The position numbers and the translations under genes are program-made. The notes under the pieces are model-generated. The model searched no databases. It was not told the DNA's origin and saw only the letters and a program-made list of their open reading frames with translations. Below are positions 1 to 11,869 of a DNA stretch of 64,000 nt, in pieces. Source of the stretch: Albugo candida (taxonomy: Eukaryota); assembly GCA_040437565.1 (NCBI GenBank), contig JBDOQK010000070.1, positions 62,001 through 126,000 of the forward strand. The letters run 5' to 3'. Positions within the stretch are counted from its first letter, which is position 1. The number at the start of each line of letters is the position of its first letter.

Positions 1-201
1 GACAATTCGAACGCGATAAACGCATTTCCAGATTTGAAAGACGTTGGATGCGATGTGGAGCCGGCATTTACGTACGTACTCATTGAGCTCTGAGCTTTTT
101 TNNNNNNNNNNNNNNNNNNNNNNNNNNNNNNNNNNNNNNNNNNNNNNNNNNNNNNNNNNNNNNNNNNNNNNNNNNNNNNNNNNNNNNNNNNNNNNNNNNN
201 N

Positions 202-2137
202 GCAGTAGATGTGATAATTTCCAGGCTTCCCATACCAAGCGCCTCAAGTGCTCCACCCGGGAAGCCGCAATCCTTCTTTGGTATCGTTTTACGCGCTGAT
301 GGAAGAGAGTGAGAAATCTCCAATGAGAAATTAAGCTTCTGAGTTGTTTCCTTCTTTTGTACGCACCGAATTGCTTCCGTTTTCGCTGAATTTGTACCCG
401 AAAAGCCCACGCAGCCAAAACCTTTCGACACGTTCGAATGGCATTTCTATTGCGTCTTCCATTGATCTCACGTCGCCTCCCGAAAATGTGTGTCCAGCGC
501 GTCCAAAACAACTTCAGAATAGTTGGAAACACGTTTCGGATGACCGTGCGCTCCTTTGCTTTACATTGCCACAATGTAAGAATTTCGCGCTTTTGGTACG
601 TATGAATGCGTTTCCAAACGGCTATACGCTCGTTATGTATTCGTTGACTGTTATTTCGATTCCAACGCATCGCATTGAAGCAATTGCGCAACAGATTTTG
701 AACATAAAGAGCTCTGGCGCTCACAGAGTGTGATTCCCATATGAAATGCTCATCTCGAAAGTGCTTCCACGCCTGAAAAACCTTTGCGCTTTGTACCGTT
801 CGACGTACTCTCTGTACGACAATTCGAACGCGATAAACGCATTTCCAGATTTGAAAGACGTTGGATGCGATGTGGAGCCGGCATTTACGTACGTACTCAT
901 TGAGCTCTGAGCTTTTTTCCCTGTGGTAATACTTCCAGGCCGTAAAGTTGCATGCAACCATTTGTCTCTGTCGCTGCCTGGAAACACGCACAACAGCTGT
1001 TTTAGTGCGTTCACAGGCCTCTGATACTATTCTCCAGCTCCATAAAAGTCGATGCAACCATTTGCGAGTGTGTACGTGCTTGTACCTGGAAAGCTTGCAT
1101 TCTCTGACTTCCCAAGCGGCTCTGACGAATTCATTCCATTCCAAGAAGAATCGTCGCTGGAAGGTATGTTCGTGAGCTCTACCAAGCCAACATATCTTCT
1201 TCTCTACATCTTTTCGATCGAGAACGTAAAGAGAGAGCGTATGAAGCACTTTGGATTGTATTCGAGTCGCTTGGAGCACACGTAAGTTTTCTAAGCGAAA
1301 ACGATGCATTTGTGAGATTTTAAGGACCTCTAGCCAGCAATGCAGCATCTGGCTCAGTTTCCAGCATTGATAGTGAGCCTGATTCTCGCTTGTTTTCATG
1401 CTTTGTTGTCTCTCGATACATTTAGACCCGAACACGCAATGTTCCCAGCGTTGAAGAGCTTCCATCCATAGCCCATAAAATCTTCGTGTATGCGTATCAG
1501 TGCATTTTACGCGTGCAATTCCAATCGTCAGCGCTTCATGTTCCCGCAAATGTGATGGTTGACGCACTTGAACGATTTTTTGGCTGTGAAATGGAGCAAC
1601 TTTATAACTTTTAGTATGAGGCTTTTCGGCCGGGCCTTTTGTATCACTCAACAAATCTCGAAAGCGATCTTTACCCGCTCCTCCAGTCTTTGTAATTGAT
1701 TTTATTGCATTCTCCGAAGTATTTTCATTGTCGCTATGTTCGATATCGTCTGCGCATCTTTGTACAATTCGTTGGATTCGTTCACGCCACGTATCTTGAG
1801 GCTTTTCAAGCGCCACGAGAAAAAGCAAATTCTGAAAGATTTTGGTCTCCTGCGGTCTTACTTTATATTTCCGAAAGACGGTGTGAGATGCGGCAATCAG
1901 ATCTGCAATGGAGAGGCTTTGCGGGCTTGTACGAGGAGTAGAAACGTCAAAAGACCTGGATTTGGTAGTGCAGGCTTGTTTCACAATTTCAGTCAGAATC
2001 AGTGATAGAAACTCTTGAGAGAGGTATACAGCCGCGTGGTACGAAGAGCATGCTCTACTGTCTATATTTGATCTGCTTTGAGGAGTGTGAGCTTTTCTCT
2101 TGGCTCTGTAATTTGCAGTCAAAGTTTGAAGTCTCAT
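202..2137 (-). CDS. Sfi1-like centrin-binding repeat protein (3' end beyond the gap/outside the window)
   Basis: Long Arg/Lys-rich ORF with recurrent F/L-x2-W-K/R units at roughly regular spacing (FFLEWN, LLWSWR, FTAWKY, FQIWKC, FQAWKH, LAAWAF, ISHWRF, WEAWKL), the pattern of Sfi1 repeats. It runs into the N gap at 102-201. Confidence 0.65.
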
Positions 2138-2264
2138 TCCATCGGCCGATTTCCATTTCGAACACGAAAGGACACACTCTTAAGTACGGATACGACTAAG
2201 TTTGGTTGGCAAAGTATTATATTATCCTAGTTTAACGTATGTCCACATAATGATCCACAAAGCG

Positions 2265-3557
2265 CTAAAAAGTGTTTTTTGTTGCGCGTAAAAGCGATTG
2301 AACCTTTTCCAGAGCGAATTCAGGCTTGATAGGCTTTCGTTCTATCGATACATCGTCTTTCATACTCGTCATAACCGATTCGAGAGCCTATACATGCACA
2401 CTGAAGCCGCGTTTGTGAAAAGACTTGCATGCGACGTACCTGAACGCATTGCTTCCATCCAGGTTGTCTTTCATCGCCGATACCCTCTCCTTGTCGGACC
2501 CACGCACAAAACCAGCGATGATCTCGGCAATGGGTCAGGAATCGATCGCTATTAGTGCACGAGCGCTTGGCCTCTCTCTGTGGCTCAACCGCCTTCATCA
2601 TCCGCTGTAAGGGATCGCTTATGTCATCAGACTTGACATTTTTGTCCAATAATTGACGACGATTGCAATAGGAGCACCAGAGATAAGAAATACCTCCACG
2701 TTGGTGAGAATCGTCTGCTACCCGTTGAAGCTTCCAGCCATGCAGAACCAGTAGAAACGCTTTCGTCTGGATCGAGGTGTTGTCGGGAACTGGAGACTTG
2801 GTGTCCGGGTTTTGCTTTTCGATAGAGAGCACCCACTGCGATACGGTGGACCACACTGTATCGGTAAAGTCCCATTGGTTTGGAGCAAGAAACCATTCCA
2901 ACCACTTGTTCGATTCGTTTTGATCAGATATAAATTGCATAACTGTTGTTGATATTTCAAACACATCAGTTACGAGTTGTCGTACTCGTTCTGTGGCAGT
3001 GAGCACAGGAAGCTAATGCGAAAGAAAGCTTCAACGTCGCCAGTGATTATATAAACTGATTCTACTGACCATAGTGAACGCGGATGGAGACGGATTATCT
3101 CGCCATGGACAATGCTGATGATGTCCGTTTATCAGCAACTTTGCAAATTGCGCTGCAACACGGTGGATTCCTTCTTGTGTGAGTGTGGTATCAATAGAAA
3201 AACAAAGTGTTGCGTGACAACTGCACACAAAACGCGTTATAAAATGGTACGATTGGGACACGATTGGTCGTACCAGCTGCAAGTTAAGATATCAGTTATA
3301 GAATTAACCCAACCGTGACGAGCCGCCTGGTACACATCGATTGGTGGAGGCTTGGCACACCACGTTGCGATCGAAAATGTAGCAACGCGTTCGAGAAAAA
3401 AGTTGTGATTCAACGGATCGCATCGAAGGGATGTCGATGAGGTATCGGTAGATGAGTTTCGTGCCGTCAATGCGATTTCCACAGAGCATGTGGCGCTTTT
3501 CCATTCGGACAATGTATTCCGATACATTTCGTCCATATTGAGATCTTTACAGTGCAT
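2265..3557 (-). CDS. NIPA/Rsm1-like C3HC zinc-finger protein (multi-exon)
   Basis: CDPLNHNFFLERVATF..W.AKP...AARHGW....L.C and HHQHCPWRDNPSP (C3HC finger) plus LHGW, CSYCNRR and HRWFCAWV (Rsm1-like second finger), spread over ORFs 3237-3563, 3031-3282 and 2320-3006 and joined by short GT-AG introns. Boundaries are approximate. Confidence 0.8.
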
Positions 3558-3944
3558 ATCCAACTATGTCCGAATCTTATCATATCGAAGTTATAGTTAA
3601 GTATAATCAAGGTCTATTATAGCATTATCAAAGCCCCTTTCATGGAAGCCGATGAGCTCCTTCCTTCTCAGCCAGCAGGATTGCCTCTTTGACGGTCTGT
3701 TACCAAATGATACCCAGAGACCTCCACCCTCATCCTACTACCTCTCCTCATCCATCAAACGCTTTCATCTGCTCACAAATGAGCCCAACATTATAAAAAG
3801 GCCCAGGCTCCTCGTATCAAACCTACTCCAATTCCCAAGCCCATCTAAGAAGCCTCCACCCGCCCGACCCCACCCCACCTATATCCTCACCTCCCCACCT
3901 ATATCCTCACCTCCCACACCATTCTCCACGTCCCATTTCCCTCT

Positions 3945-6900
3945 CTATTCCTTTGTAAACCGCTCACAAAAAACCTTTGCATTCTGAAACATTCGCATCC
4001 ACGGACTCGTTGAATGTTGCTTGAATGTATTCGGTTGCCACGGCCATTGGAACTTTTCAAAAGATCTTTCGGGGTGCGGCATCATGCACAAATGACGTCC
4101 ATCTGCGGACATTAGCGACGCAATTCCATTCTCCGACCCATTGGGATTGAAAGGGTAGCGTTCCGTGATGCTATTCACATCATCTACATACCTCACTGGC
4201 GCTAAATCTCTCTCCAAAATGACTTTAGACACCTCAGGCTCCAGCCTGACCCGCCCTTCCCCGTGAGACACCCAAACACCAAAATGACTGCCAGCCATCC
4301 CCTCCAGCAATACGGCTTTCGACGGGAGGATCCCAATCGACACAAATCTCGACTCGTGGCGTCCTGAAGCGTTCTCTACGAACCGAGGTCGTTCGAGGCT
4401 TTTTTCCCCGGGGACATCGACCCAACCCAAAAGCGCCATCAGCTGACATCCATTACACACACCTAAACTGAAGGTATCCTCACGCTGTCGAAATGCTTCA
4501 AATTGCAGCAGTAAAGTCGCATCAAAGTGAATGGATGCCGCCCATCCTTTCCCGGAGCCCAAGACATCCGCAAAGGCGAATCCGCCCACAAATGCGACAC
4601 CAGAGAACCGATTATCCAAAGAGATACGACCTGCAACAAGATCCGACATGGTCACATCCCACACCTGAAAGCCTGCGTGATAGAATGCAGCATGCATTTC
4701 ACGCTCGCCATTGCTTCCTTCCTCTCTGATAATTGCAATGTGATGCAAATGACGCGTTTGTAAATGCCTTTCCAACGTGTTCGAAGGTGTGAATGAGAGA
4801 TTCCATTGAGGGATTTCACGTGACGACAGTGAGAGCTCTTCCGCGTCGACGCATTCCTTACGACACTGTCGACGTTCCAATGCAAAACTCGTGGCTTCCC
4901 ATACTTTCCAAAGCGCAATCATATCGTCTTCCAAAACACTTGTGCCATTCACTGCGACGCGAATACGCTTTTGAGGTGTCACACGACCGATTTCAAGGAA
5001 TGGAACATCGAGCGATTGGAAAATCTCTTTGAATGCGACAATATCGCTATCGGCGACCTGATACACCAATCCAATTTCCTCCGCGAAAAGAGCCTCGAGA
5101 ATCGATTTATTACAAGCAGGAATATCGACGTGGAAGCCACAATGACCGCTAAACGCCATTTCCAATAGTGTCACCAATAAGCCTCCATCACTACGATCAT
5201 GACCCGCGAGGATCAACTGTTGATGCACCGCTATTTGTGTCGCTCGGAATGCCCGAATGAAGAGCTGAGGATCGTCGATCGTTGGACATGTATCTCCGAG
5301 GTAATTGTACACTGTTGTGAGCGCGGATCCACCGATACGATACGCTCCTTGGCCGATATCCACATACAAAATGGAACTCGAGACGTCAGAGACGAAATTC
5401 GGTGTCACTGCGATTTCGACATTATCACACGCCGCATACATTGTGATAACAAGCGTTCCGGGAGCTTGGACGTGGTCATTTTCGACTTGTACGGCCATCG
5501 ATAACGAGTCTTTCCCGCCGTCAATTGCAACACCAATTTCTTTCATAAATGACGTCATCGAAACACAACAATCGACCATTTCGGCAGCTTGGCCGGGAAG
5601 CTTCGCAGCCCACATCCAATTCGCAGAGCATTTACAATCATGGAGATCACCCGATAAGGAAGCCCAAACGAGATTCGTAAGCGCTTCCCCGACCGTCTGA
5701 CGAGCCATTGCTTTGGGATCCAAAAGCCCTTTAATCGGTTGTTCACCGATCGATGTCGCTACACCGGAGAGAATTCCATTGGGAGAACGATATGAAGTCG
5801 CGACAATCGCACAATTCGAAAGACTCAATTGCATGGGACCGATTGTCTGTTGTTGCGCCACGAGACCTCCGACACTTCGATCGACTTTGGTGGTGAGAAA
5901 TCGTTTCGAGCCAACGGATACGAGTCGAAGGACACGATCGAGTGCTTCCTGAACGGGAACATCAAGTGGAAATGTATCGATATATCGTGGAAAATGATGA
6001 TCTCGAAAGGTTTTTCGAGGCATTTCTCCAAGCACAAGCGCTAAATCGAGATCCACAGCAACTTGATCGTTCTGTGAATCGAACAGCACCACGCGTCCAT
6101 CGCCAGTGACAGTCCCAAGAAATGCAAATGGACATCGTTCACGTCGACAAATTCGCTCCAATACATTTCGATCCGCCTCACGAATGAGAATCGCATTGTT
6201 TTCTTGATATTCAGCGCCCCAAATCTCTAAAACCGAAAGCGAAGTATCACCGACGAGGATCTTTCGGACATCATACCGAGCTCCACCGCCATTTGCATCG
6301 TACACAATCTCTTTGAGAACATTCCCATTCCCTCCAGCGCCTTGGTCGTGTATCGATACAATTGGATTCGTATCGCCCATTTCGATACACGCGCGAATCA
6401 CTTTATTCATTTTCGACTCCATTTCCGCATCGCCGCGTTGAACGGCATTGAAATCGATTTGAGCGGTTGATGGATCGGATACGCGACTGGAAGCTGCACC
6501 TCCACCCATTCCAATGCGATACGCTGGTCCTCCAAGCTTGACGACCCACATATCGACCTGAGGTGCGAGTTTCTCGCAATGACGCGCGTCGATGGATCCA
6601 ATTCCCGCGGAAAACATTATCGGCTTTACATATTCTCTTCGATTCTCATCGAGTTGCATGCCAAAACTTCGTGCGAAACCCGCGATCACAGGCTCACCAA
6701 ATTTATTCCCGTAATCGGAGGCGCCATTGGATGCTTGAAGAAGGATTTCCAGCGGTGTCGCGAGGTTCGACGGGTACACAGCGTCAGTATTTTCCCATGG
6801 AAGAACGTATTCGTCCATCAACAGATTACCGACTGCATACCCAGCAACTCCAGCAATCACGTGAGCGCCTCGACCGGTAGCTTGTACGTCTCGAATACGA

Positions 6901-7949
6901 CCTCCCGTGCCGGTTTCTGCGCCTGGAAATGGAGCTACCGCACACGGAAAGTTGTGTGTTTCGGCTGTGAGGAGAAGATGCATTTCAGTGGTGCTTTCGA
7001 TAAGGACAGAGCACGTGGTGGGATCGGAAGCTGTAAGATGAGTGATCGGATATGGAGCGCCACGTATGACGGAAGAATTGTCGTGGAATGCAACGATACT
7101 GTTTTCGAAAGCGCGTGGCGTAAGTGTCGATTTTACCATTTGGAAAAGTGTCTGTGGAAGCGTTTCTCCATCGATGATGAGCTCTCCACTGAAGAACCAA
7201 TGTCGCGAATGCTCGGAATTGCTTTGCGCCATATCGAAACACTCGACAGTCGTGGGATTTCGTTTCATTTTGTCTTTGAAAAGTGTGTAATAGAAATGAA
7301 GATCCCATTCATCAAAGCCCAAATGAAGCAATTCATTCACTTTGGCAAGCGCTTGTGGTCCTTGTTCCATGATGGGAACTTCTGTGACCGGAGGAATGGC
7401 AGTTTGTGGCGGTGTGAGGCGATTCAATTGCGTGGAAAACATTTGTTGGGTCATTCGATCACATTCACGCGATAAGAGTGCAGCGGTTGTAAGGGATTTT
7501 GTCGTCAAAGTAAATGGAGATTTACAGTGGATGAGGTACCGAATGGAGCGTTCGAGACGCGTGATGAGATTGAGACCACAGGCGTGACAGATGGACACGG
7601 CATTCGACGACCATGCGGTTGTGAAACTGAGGCGAGGTCCGATTTCTATGAGATGGGAATTTGGAGTGAGATGAGAGCCGATGAACGAAGCGGAATCGCG
7701 TGTTTGAGAGCGTTCGAATGTCTCACTGAGAAGCCAATGAACCACTTGGGATTGGGACGCCGTTAGTGAATCGATGGATGGTGCCAATTCGATGTAAAAA
7801 CAGAATTCCGTGTCGAGGCCCACGATCTGAATATTGTTTTTAATGAGATTTTCGTCATTTTGGAGTGATGTTAACAGCTTTTCAGACTGATACGATGAAA
7901 GAGCGGGTGTTCGAAAGTATGTGACGAGTTTCCCGCTTTCGATTGTCAT
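3945..7949 (-). CDS. PFAS: Phosphoribosylformylglycinamidine synthase (large PurL type)
   Basis: QSNSEHSRHWFF, ETHNFP, GAETGTGGRIRD, IHDQGAGG, GGKDSLSM, HDRSDGGL, glutaminase GVCNGCQ and MMPHPER. Probable start is MTIESGK at 7949. Intronless. Confidence 0.97.
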   Translation of the reverse strand: MTIESGKLVTYFRTPALSSYQSEKLLTSLQNDENLIKNNIQIVGLDTEFCFYIELAPSIDSLTASQSQVVHWLLSETFERSQTRDSASFIGSHLTPNSHLIEIGPRLSFTTAWSSNAVSICHACGLNLITRLERSIRYLIHCKSPFTLTTKSLTTAALLSRECDRMTQQMFSTQLNRLTPPQTAIPPVTEVPIMEQGPQALAKVNELLHLGFDEWDLHFYYTLFKDKMKRNPTTVECFDMAQSNSEHSRHWFFSGELIIDGETLPQTLFQMVKSTLTPRAFENSIVAFHDNSSVIRGAPYPITHLTASDPTTCSVLIESTTEMHLLLTAETHNFPCAVAPFPGAETGTGGRIRDVQATGRGAHVIAGVAGYAVGNLLMDEYVLPWENTDAVYPSNLATPLEILLQASNGASDYGNKFGEPVIAGFARSFGMQLDENRREYVKPIMFSAGIGSIDARHCEKLAPQVDMWVVKLGGPAYRIGMGGGAASSRVSDPSTAQIDFNAVQRGDAEMESKMNKVIRACIEMGDTNPIVSIHDQGAGGNGNVLKEIVYDANGGGARYDVRKILVGDTSLSVLEIWGAEYQENNAILIREADRNVLERICRRERCPFAFLGTVTGDGRVVLFDSQNDQVAVDLDLALVLGEMPRKTFRDHHFPRYIDTFPLDVPVQEALDRVLRLVSVGSKRFLTTKVDRSVGGLVAQQQTIGPMQLSLSNCAIVATSYRSPNGILSGVATSIGEQPIKGLLDPKAMARQTVGEALTNLVWASLSGDLHDCKCSANWMWAAKLPGQAAEMVDCCVSMTSFMKEIGVAIDGGKDSLSMAVQVENDHVQAPGTLVITMYAACDNVEIAVTPNFVSDVSSSILYVDIGQGAYRIGGSALTTVYNYLGDTCPTIDDPQLFIRAFRATQIAVHQQLILAGHDRSDGGLLVTLLEMAFSGHCGFHVDIPACNKSILEALFAEEIGLVYQVADSDIVAFKEIFQSLDVPFLEIGRVTPQKRIRVAVNGTSVLEDDMIALWKVWEATSFALERRQCRKECVDAEELSLSSREIPQWNLSFTPSNTLERHLQTRHLHHIAIIREEGSNGEREMHAAFYHAGFQVWDVTMSDLVAGRISLDNRFSGVAFVGGFAFADVLGSGKGWAASIHFDATLLLQFEAFRQREDTFSLGVCNGCQLMALLGWVDVPGEKSLERPRFVENASGRHESRFVSIGILPSKAVLLEGMAGSHFGVWVSHGEGRVRLEPEVSKVILERDLAPVRYVDDVNSITERYPFNPNGSENGIASLMSADGRHLCMMPHPERSFEKFQWPWQPNTFKQHSTSPWMRMFQNAKVFCERFTKE

Positions 7950-8120
7950 TGTGTGCTTGGAATTACGACACGAAATGAATGAGCTTTTGACGTCGGAATT
8001 TGAGGTTTTGTGGCCAACCAACTGAGCGTTGTTGATTGGTTGATATTGCGCATTTATGTACCAATGAGGGATGAGAATCAGTGAAATTAATAACCAATCC
8101 GATTCGTTGGAACGGACGAA

Positions 8121-9155
8121 ATGCAAGCCCAATGGAAGCGTAACGCATTCCGAAATGCGTCGCGTTCTATCGTTAGAACGCGTGCGTTTTGGCGCCCAGC
8201 GACGCCTTTATGTACGAAATGGTCAATCAAAATGTCGATTAGGGATGTAATACTTCCTATAAAAGTACGTGGCTCTCTGTATATCGTTTTCAATTTGCAA
8301 AGTGTTGTGTTTGTAGCGATTGCCTGTGCCATTGCTCACCACAATTGCATATAGTGCGTTTTACACAAATACCGCTGCGAGTGAGACCATACGGCCATTG
8401 TCTTCGATTCGATTGTACCAATTCGCGCCGTGTCCGTACTGTTGCAAAGTGCGGGCCATTTTGGATTATTATAAGGTACCGTATGAGATTGTGGAGGTAA
8501 ATCCTGTCACGAAAAAGGAACTTAAGGATATAACAACGTACCGTAAAGTCCCAGTGTGCCAGATTGAAGGTGACATTGTGACTGGCTCTAGTGTCATTGT
8601 GAATCAGATCGCGTCACGTGTACGTTCACAAACTGGGACGATTGATGGAACGGAGACAGAATGGTGTCACTGGGTCGATACTATACTGGTACGTACCATT
8701 TGACTCCCATGCGATCAAACTCATTGTGACAACAACCTCAGATCCCGCTTCTTCCACTCAATATATATCGCTCTTTCTCTGAAGCGTGTGATGCGTTTGA
8801 ATATTGTCTCACCGAAGGCAACTTTACACCTCTTGAACGACAAGTATCAAAGTATTTCGGTGCGATTGTCATGTACGGCGTAAGCAAACGCAAGAAAAAA
8901 ACAAAAGGGATCCAAGAAGAAAGGCAAGCGTTGTATGATGCCGTGAATGAATGGATCCGAGCTTTAGACGATCATGCATTTCTTGGCGGTGATACTCCCA
9001 ATCTGGCTGACCTTTCAGTCTTTGGTGTGCTTCGATCCATCCAATCATTAGCCACCTTTGAAGACTTGAAGCGTAACACATCCATTGTTCCATGGTACGA
9101 TCGCATGCGGGACGTGGTTGGGTCATCGGCGGGACGACCCGCCGTCAGCACATAA
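8121..9155 (+). CDS. PTGES2: Prostaglandin E synthase 2-like (glutaredoxin/GST-fold) protein
   Basis: LYQFAPCPYCCKVRAILDY..VEVNPV..YRKVP, then NIYRSFSEA..AFEY and FLGGDTPNLADLSVFGVLRSI. Introns at about 8265-8316 and 8689-8740. The N-terminus looks like a mitochondrial targeting peptide. Confidence 0.9.
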
Positions 9156-9172
9156 GTGTAATAAAAGAAAAT

Positions 9173-10326
9173 CTATTTGTAGACTTGAATTAAGGATCCA
9201 ATGGATCGAATGAGTTTTTTTTCATCACGTTGTGCTTCTCGTATAGCGCGTACCAGGTTTCTGATCTTGGCAATATGCTTTTGTTCAGCTTGCATTTTTT
9301 TCTCGGTATTGGCAACTTTTTGCCAATGTTCAGGATCGCCTGACTGTTCCGCATAGTATTGAAGCTGGCGTAGTTGTCGTTTCAATCGTTCCATTTCTTC
9401 TCGTTGGCTTCGTGTAGTGGCCTAGTCACTCGTACTTGAGTGAATGGTTCATTTCGATAGTATACATACCTTTTTACGCTTTCGGTAGCGTCTCGAGGCT
9501 TCCTGCATCCTCACACGCCGCTTTAGATCTTCAAAATCATTCTCGCTCATACCGATATCCTCGAGCTCTGATTGGTCTTTTATCGATTTCTCCGTCTCAA
9601 GTCCGTCAAGAGTGTTGTTTTTATGGCAGTGTGCTTGCCTGCTCTTAACAGCTCATCATGATAACAGTAACGAAACGTTTGCGCAATGGAAATGGACGCA
9701 CCGAATGTCTGTTATCAATTTGGCCACTTCTTTCTGATACAATTGTTCCGAATTTTGATCTATAGAATCGATCAATATGGTTATATAACAAGTATATCAG
9801 CGGGTACAACGTCCGTCTTGCTGTTGCATTGGGCTTGTCACTCCCGCTTTTAGCTTTTCGGATTCTATTGTACGAGCGAATAAGATGAGGTGGCATTTTG
9901 TGACATGCATACCACGCATGACCTGTTTCAGTCCGTTCACGACACGCGTCCTCTACCACAACTGAATCAATCGGTTGACCATCTCGTAATACGCTCAGAA
10001 TATCATCCATCATTTCCTTATCTGCTGGTTGCAGTCCATGATACAGACTGATCCACACTTGACGATACAATGTAGAAAACATACGATACGGTCATGCATT
10101 GCATGCAATGGACCAACAGCAGTGAAAAAGATTGAAACATTGAAACTGTATGTGAGACTGACGGCAGAACCGAACAATATGCGACAAGTGGTTGGTTGTG
10201 GGATGTCGAGGTTGCGATAGGGAAGGGGATCCTAAATTGCTTTGAAATTTGGAGAAAAATATTATGACAATCACTCCTTCGCTCGTAAAGGTTTTGGTCG
10301 TGTGACGCGGGGATAACTGTCATCAT
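9173..10326 (-). CDS. bZIP-type transcription factor with an uncharacterised N-terminal domain (5' end uncertain)
   Basis: An exon not listed in the ORF track (about 9645-9471) reads DLKRRVRMQEASRRYRKRKK. After an intron (9470-9422) it continues ATTRSQREEMERLKRQLRQLQ, giving a basic region plus heptads. The upstream ORF 9645-10082 can be joined through a GTGCGT..TAAG intron. Confidence 0.7.
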
Positions 10327-10601
10327 AACATGTACATGAAAACAGTGCTCGTACCGAATTTGTCATTGTCCCGCCAAGCGACAGTCCGAGAAAGTGCGTT
10401 TGAGTCACCACACATCCTTTTATGAGAATTTCAATCAAGTCGGAGAGAAAGCCGGGACAAATGAGATAACCGTCTCACTCTTACACAACCAAAACGCATC
10501 TTTTTTTTTCAAACAAAAATGTATTTTTAACCAATGGAAAATGACAAAACAGTGTTTCTACGCGCAAACGCGTTCACGATGCAATATTTGCACCAATCGC
10601 C

Positions 10602-11081
10602 TTACGACTCGATCACGAGTCCGAGAATACTCAACAAAATGAGAAAGATGATGTACAAAAGGCTGACGACGATTTCCAGTAGTAAGTGATGCTTTTCAAA
10701 GATAAGGAAACGCGCAAATGGGAATCCCGGGTGTTTTTCTTCGACGCGAGCTTTGACAGAATCGAACAAGGCGTGGATGTACACACTGATATCATGCTCC
10801 TCCTTGATTTCCGCGATGAATTCGGGTTTGAACTTTTTGGCAACAAATTCTTTGATCTTTTTGATAAGTTTTCCGTGCTTCAAGTCGGGCATTTCGAAAT
10901 CAGGAAATTGTTTGTGAAACCAAAGCATCGGTGCGAGTTTTGCGTGAGATTGCACGTTAGGATCGACACGATCCTCCATAACTTGTTGAGAGGCAACGAT
11001 TTCGTATTGTTCCACACGACCACCGAGAATGGAAGGGAGGAAAGTGAGGAGGAGAATGATTGAGGATAAAGTGGTCTTCAT
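10602..11081 (-). CDS. Orphan secreted/membrane-anchored protein, candidate effector (paralogue A, 159 aa)
   Basis: Signal peptide MKTTLSSIILLLTFLPSILG and a hydrophobic C-terminal tail. Clearly homologous to 11870-12604. Confidence 0.75.
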   Translation of the reverse strand: MKTTLSSIILLLTFLPSILGGRVEQYEIVASQQVMEDRVDPNVQSHAKLAPMLWFHKQFPDFEMPDLKHGKLIKKIKEFVAKKFKPEFIAEIKEEHDISVYIHALFDSVKARVEEKHPGFPFARFLIFEKHHLLLEIVVSLLYIIFLILLSILGLVIES

Positions 11082-11120
11082 TGGCTTGGTGTTTTGTTGA
11101 AAGGATGCGTATTGGAGAAT

Positions 11121-11136
11121 GTAAATTCGAGAGTGA
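11121..11136 (-). promoter_or_regulatory. Oomycete Inr+FPR core promoter element
   Basis: The minus strand reads TCACTCTCGAATTTAC (Inr TCAYTY plus FPR MWTTTNC), 40 nt upstream of the ATG at 11081. Confidence 0.55.
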
Positions 11137-11869
11137 GAATCGGTGGTGAGTCAAATTAGCTGCCTTCCTGCCACTCGGCAATTTTTTAATCGCTTCCTGG
11201 CTTTTTGCAATTAGTCGGAAGGAGGGAAGATTTGACTTCGTAGCCATTGTGCCAACTTTTAGTGAATGGATACGCAGAAAGTTTGTTTTCACTTTTTTAG
11301 TCGAAAACTTCACTTTCTGCCTGATTGAAAAATACTCTGGCTGTGATACAGGTCGACTGATACAAATGAGTGGAAGTTAACCGACTGCTTTCGTATACTG
11401 CGTTGGTTATAAAAAGAACTGCAGGATGCATCGGCTTTCAACCAATCATGGTCGAGAGCTTGATTTTTAGTATACATACTCAATGCAAGCCGATCACCAA
11501 ATACTGATCAGTCATATACAAATTTGCCGTATAGTGGGCCTTGATCTATACGATCAACAGCCAGGAAAATAAAAATCAACTGTGCGCACGGAAATCACAG
11601 GACAGTCGCCGTGTGCTATTGCGCACAAGCTATCATGATCACTCGGACATGCGCTGCATTCAATGAAAAAGCAGATTCGGATCTTTATGTGATGTAAGAG
11701 GCAGTGACACTTAAATTTAAGTTTGTGACCAACATTCACGTGGAATATATCGACATCGCTGTATTTTATGGGTTTACTTCTTCAATCACGGTAAACTATC
11801 TGTAATATTCAAACATTAATGCAATAGTTGAAAGTAGAACCAACGAGTTTATTTACGTGACTCACGACA

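Noticed and set aside
1-201. 1-101 is identical to 818-918, suggesting an internal repeat or duplication of the Sfi1-like gene
   Set aside because: Identical copy abutting a 100-N gap: unmerged contig overlap.
3652-3987. 111-aa Pro/Ser-rich ORF
   Set aside because: Explained by C-rich low-complexity DNA, overlaps the PFAS 3' end, and has no coding signature.
6579-7475. 298-aa plus-strand ORF inside PFAS
   Set aside because: Antisense shadow of a conserved gene with no recognisable motif.
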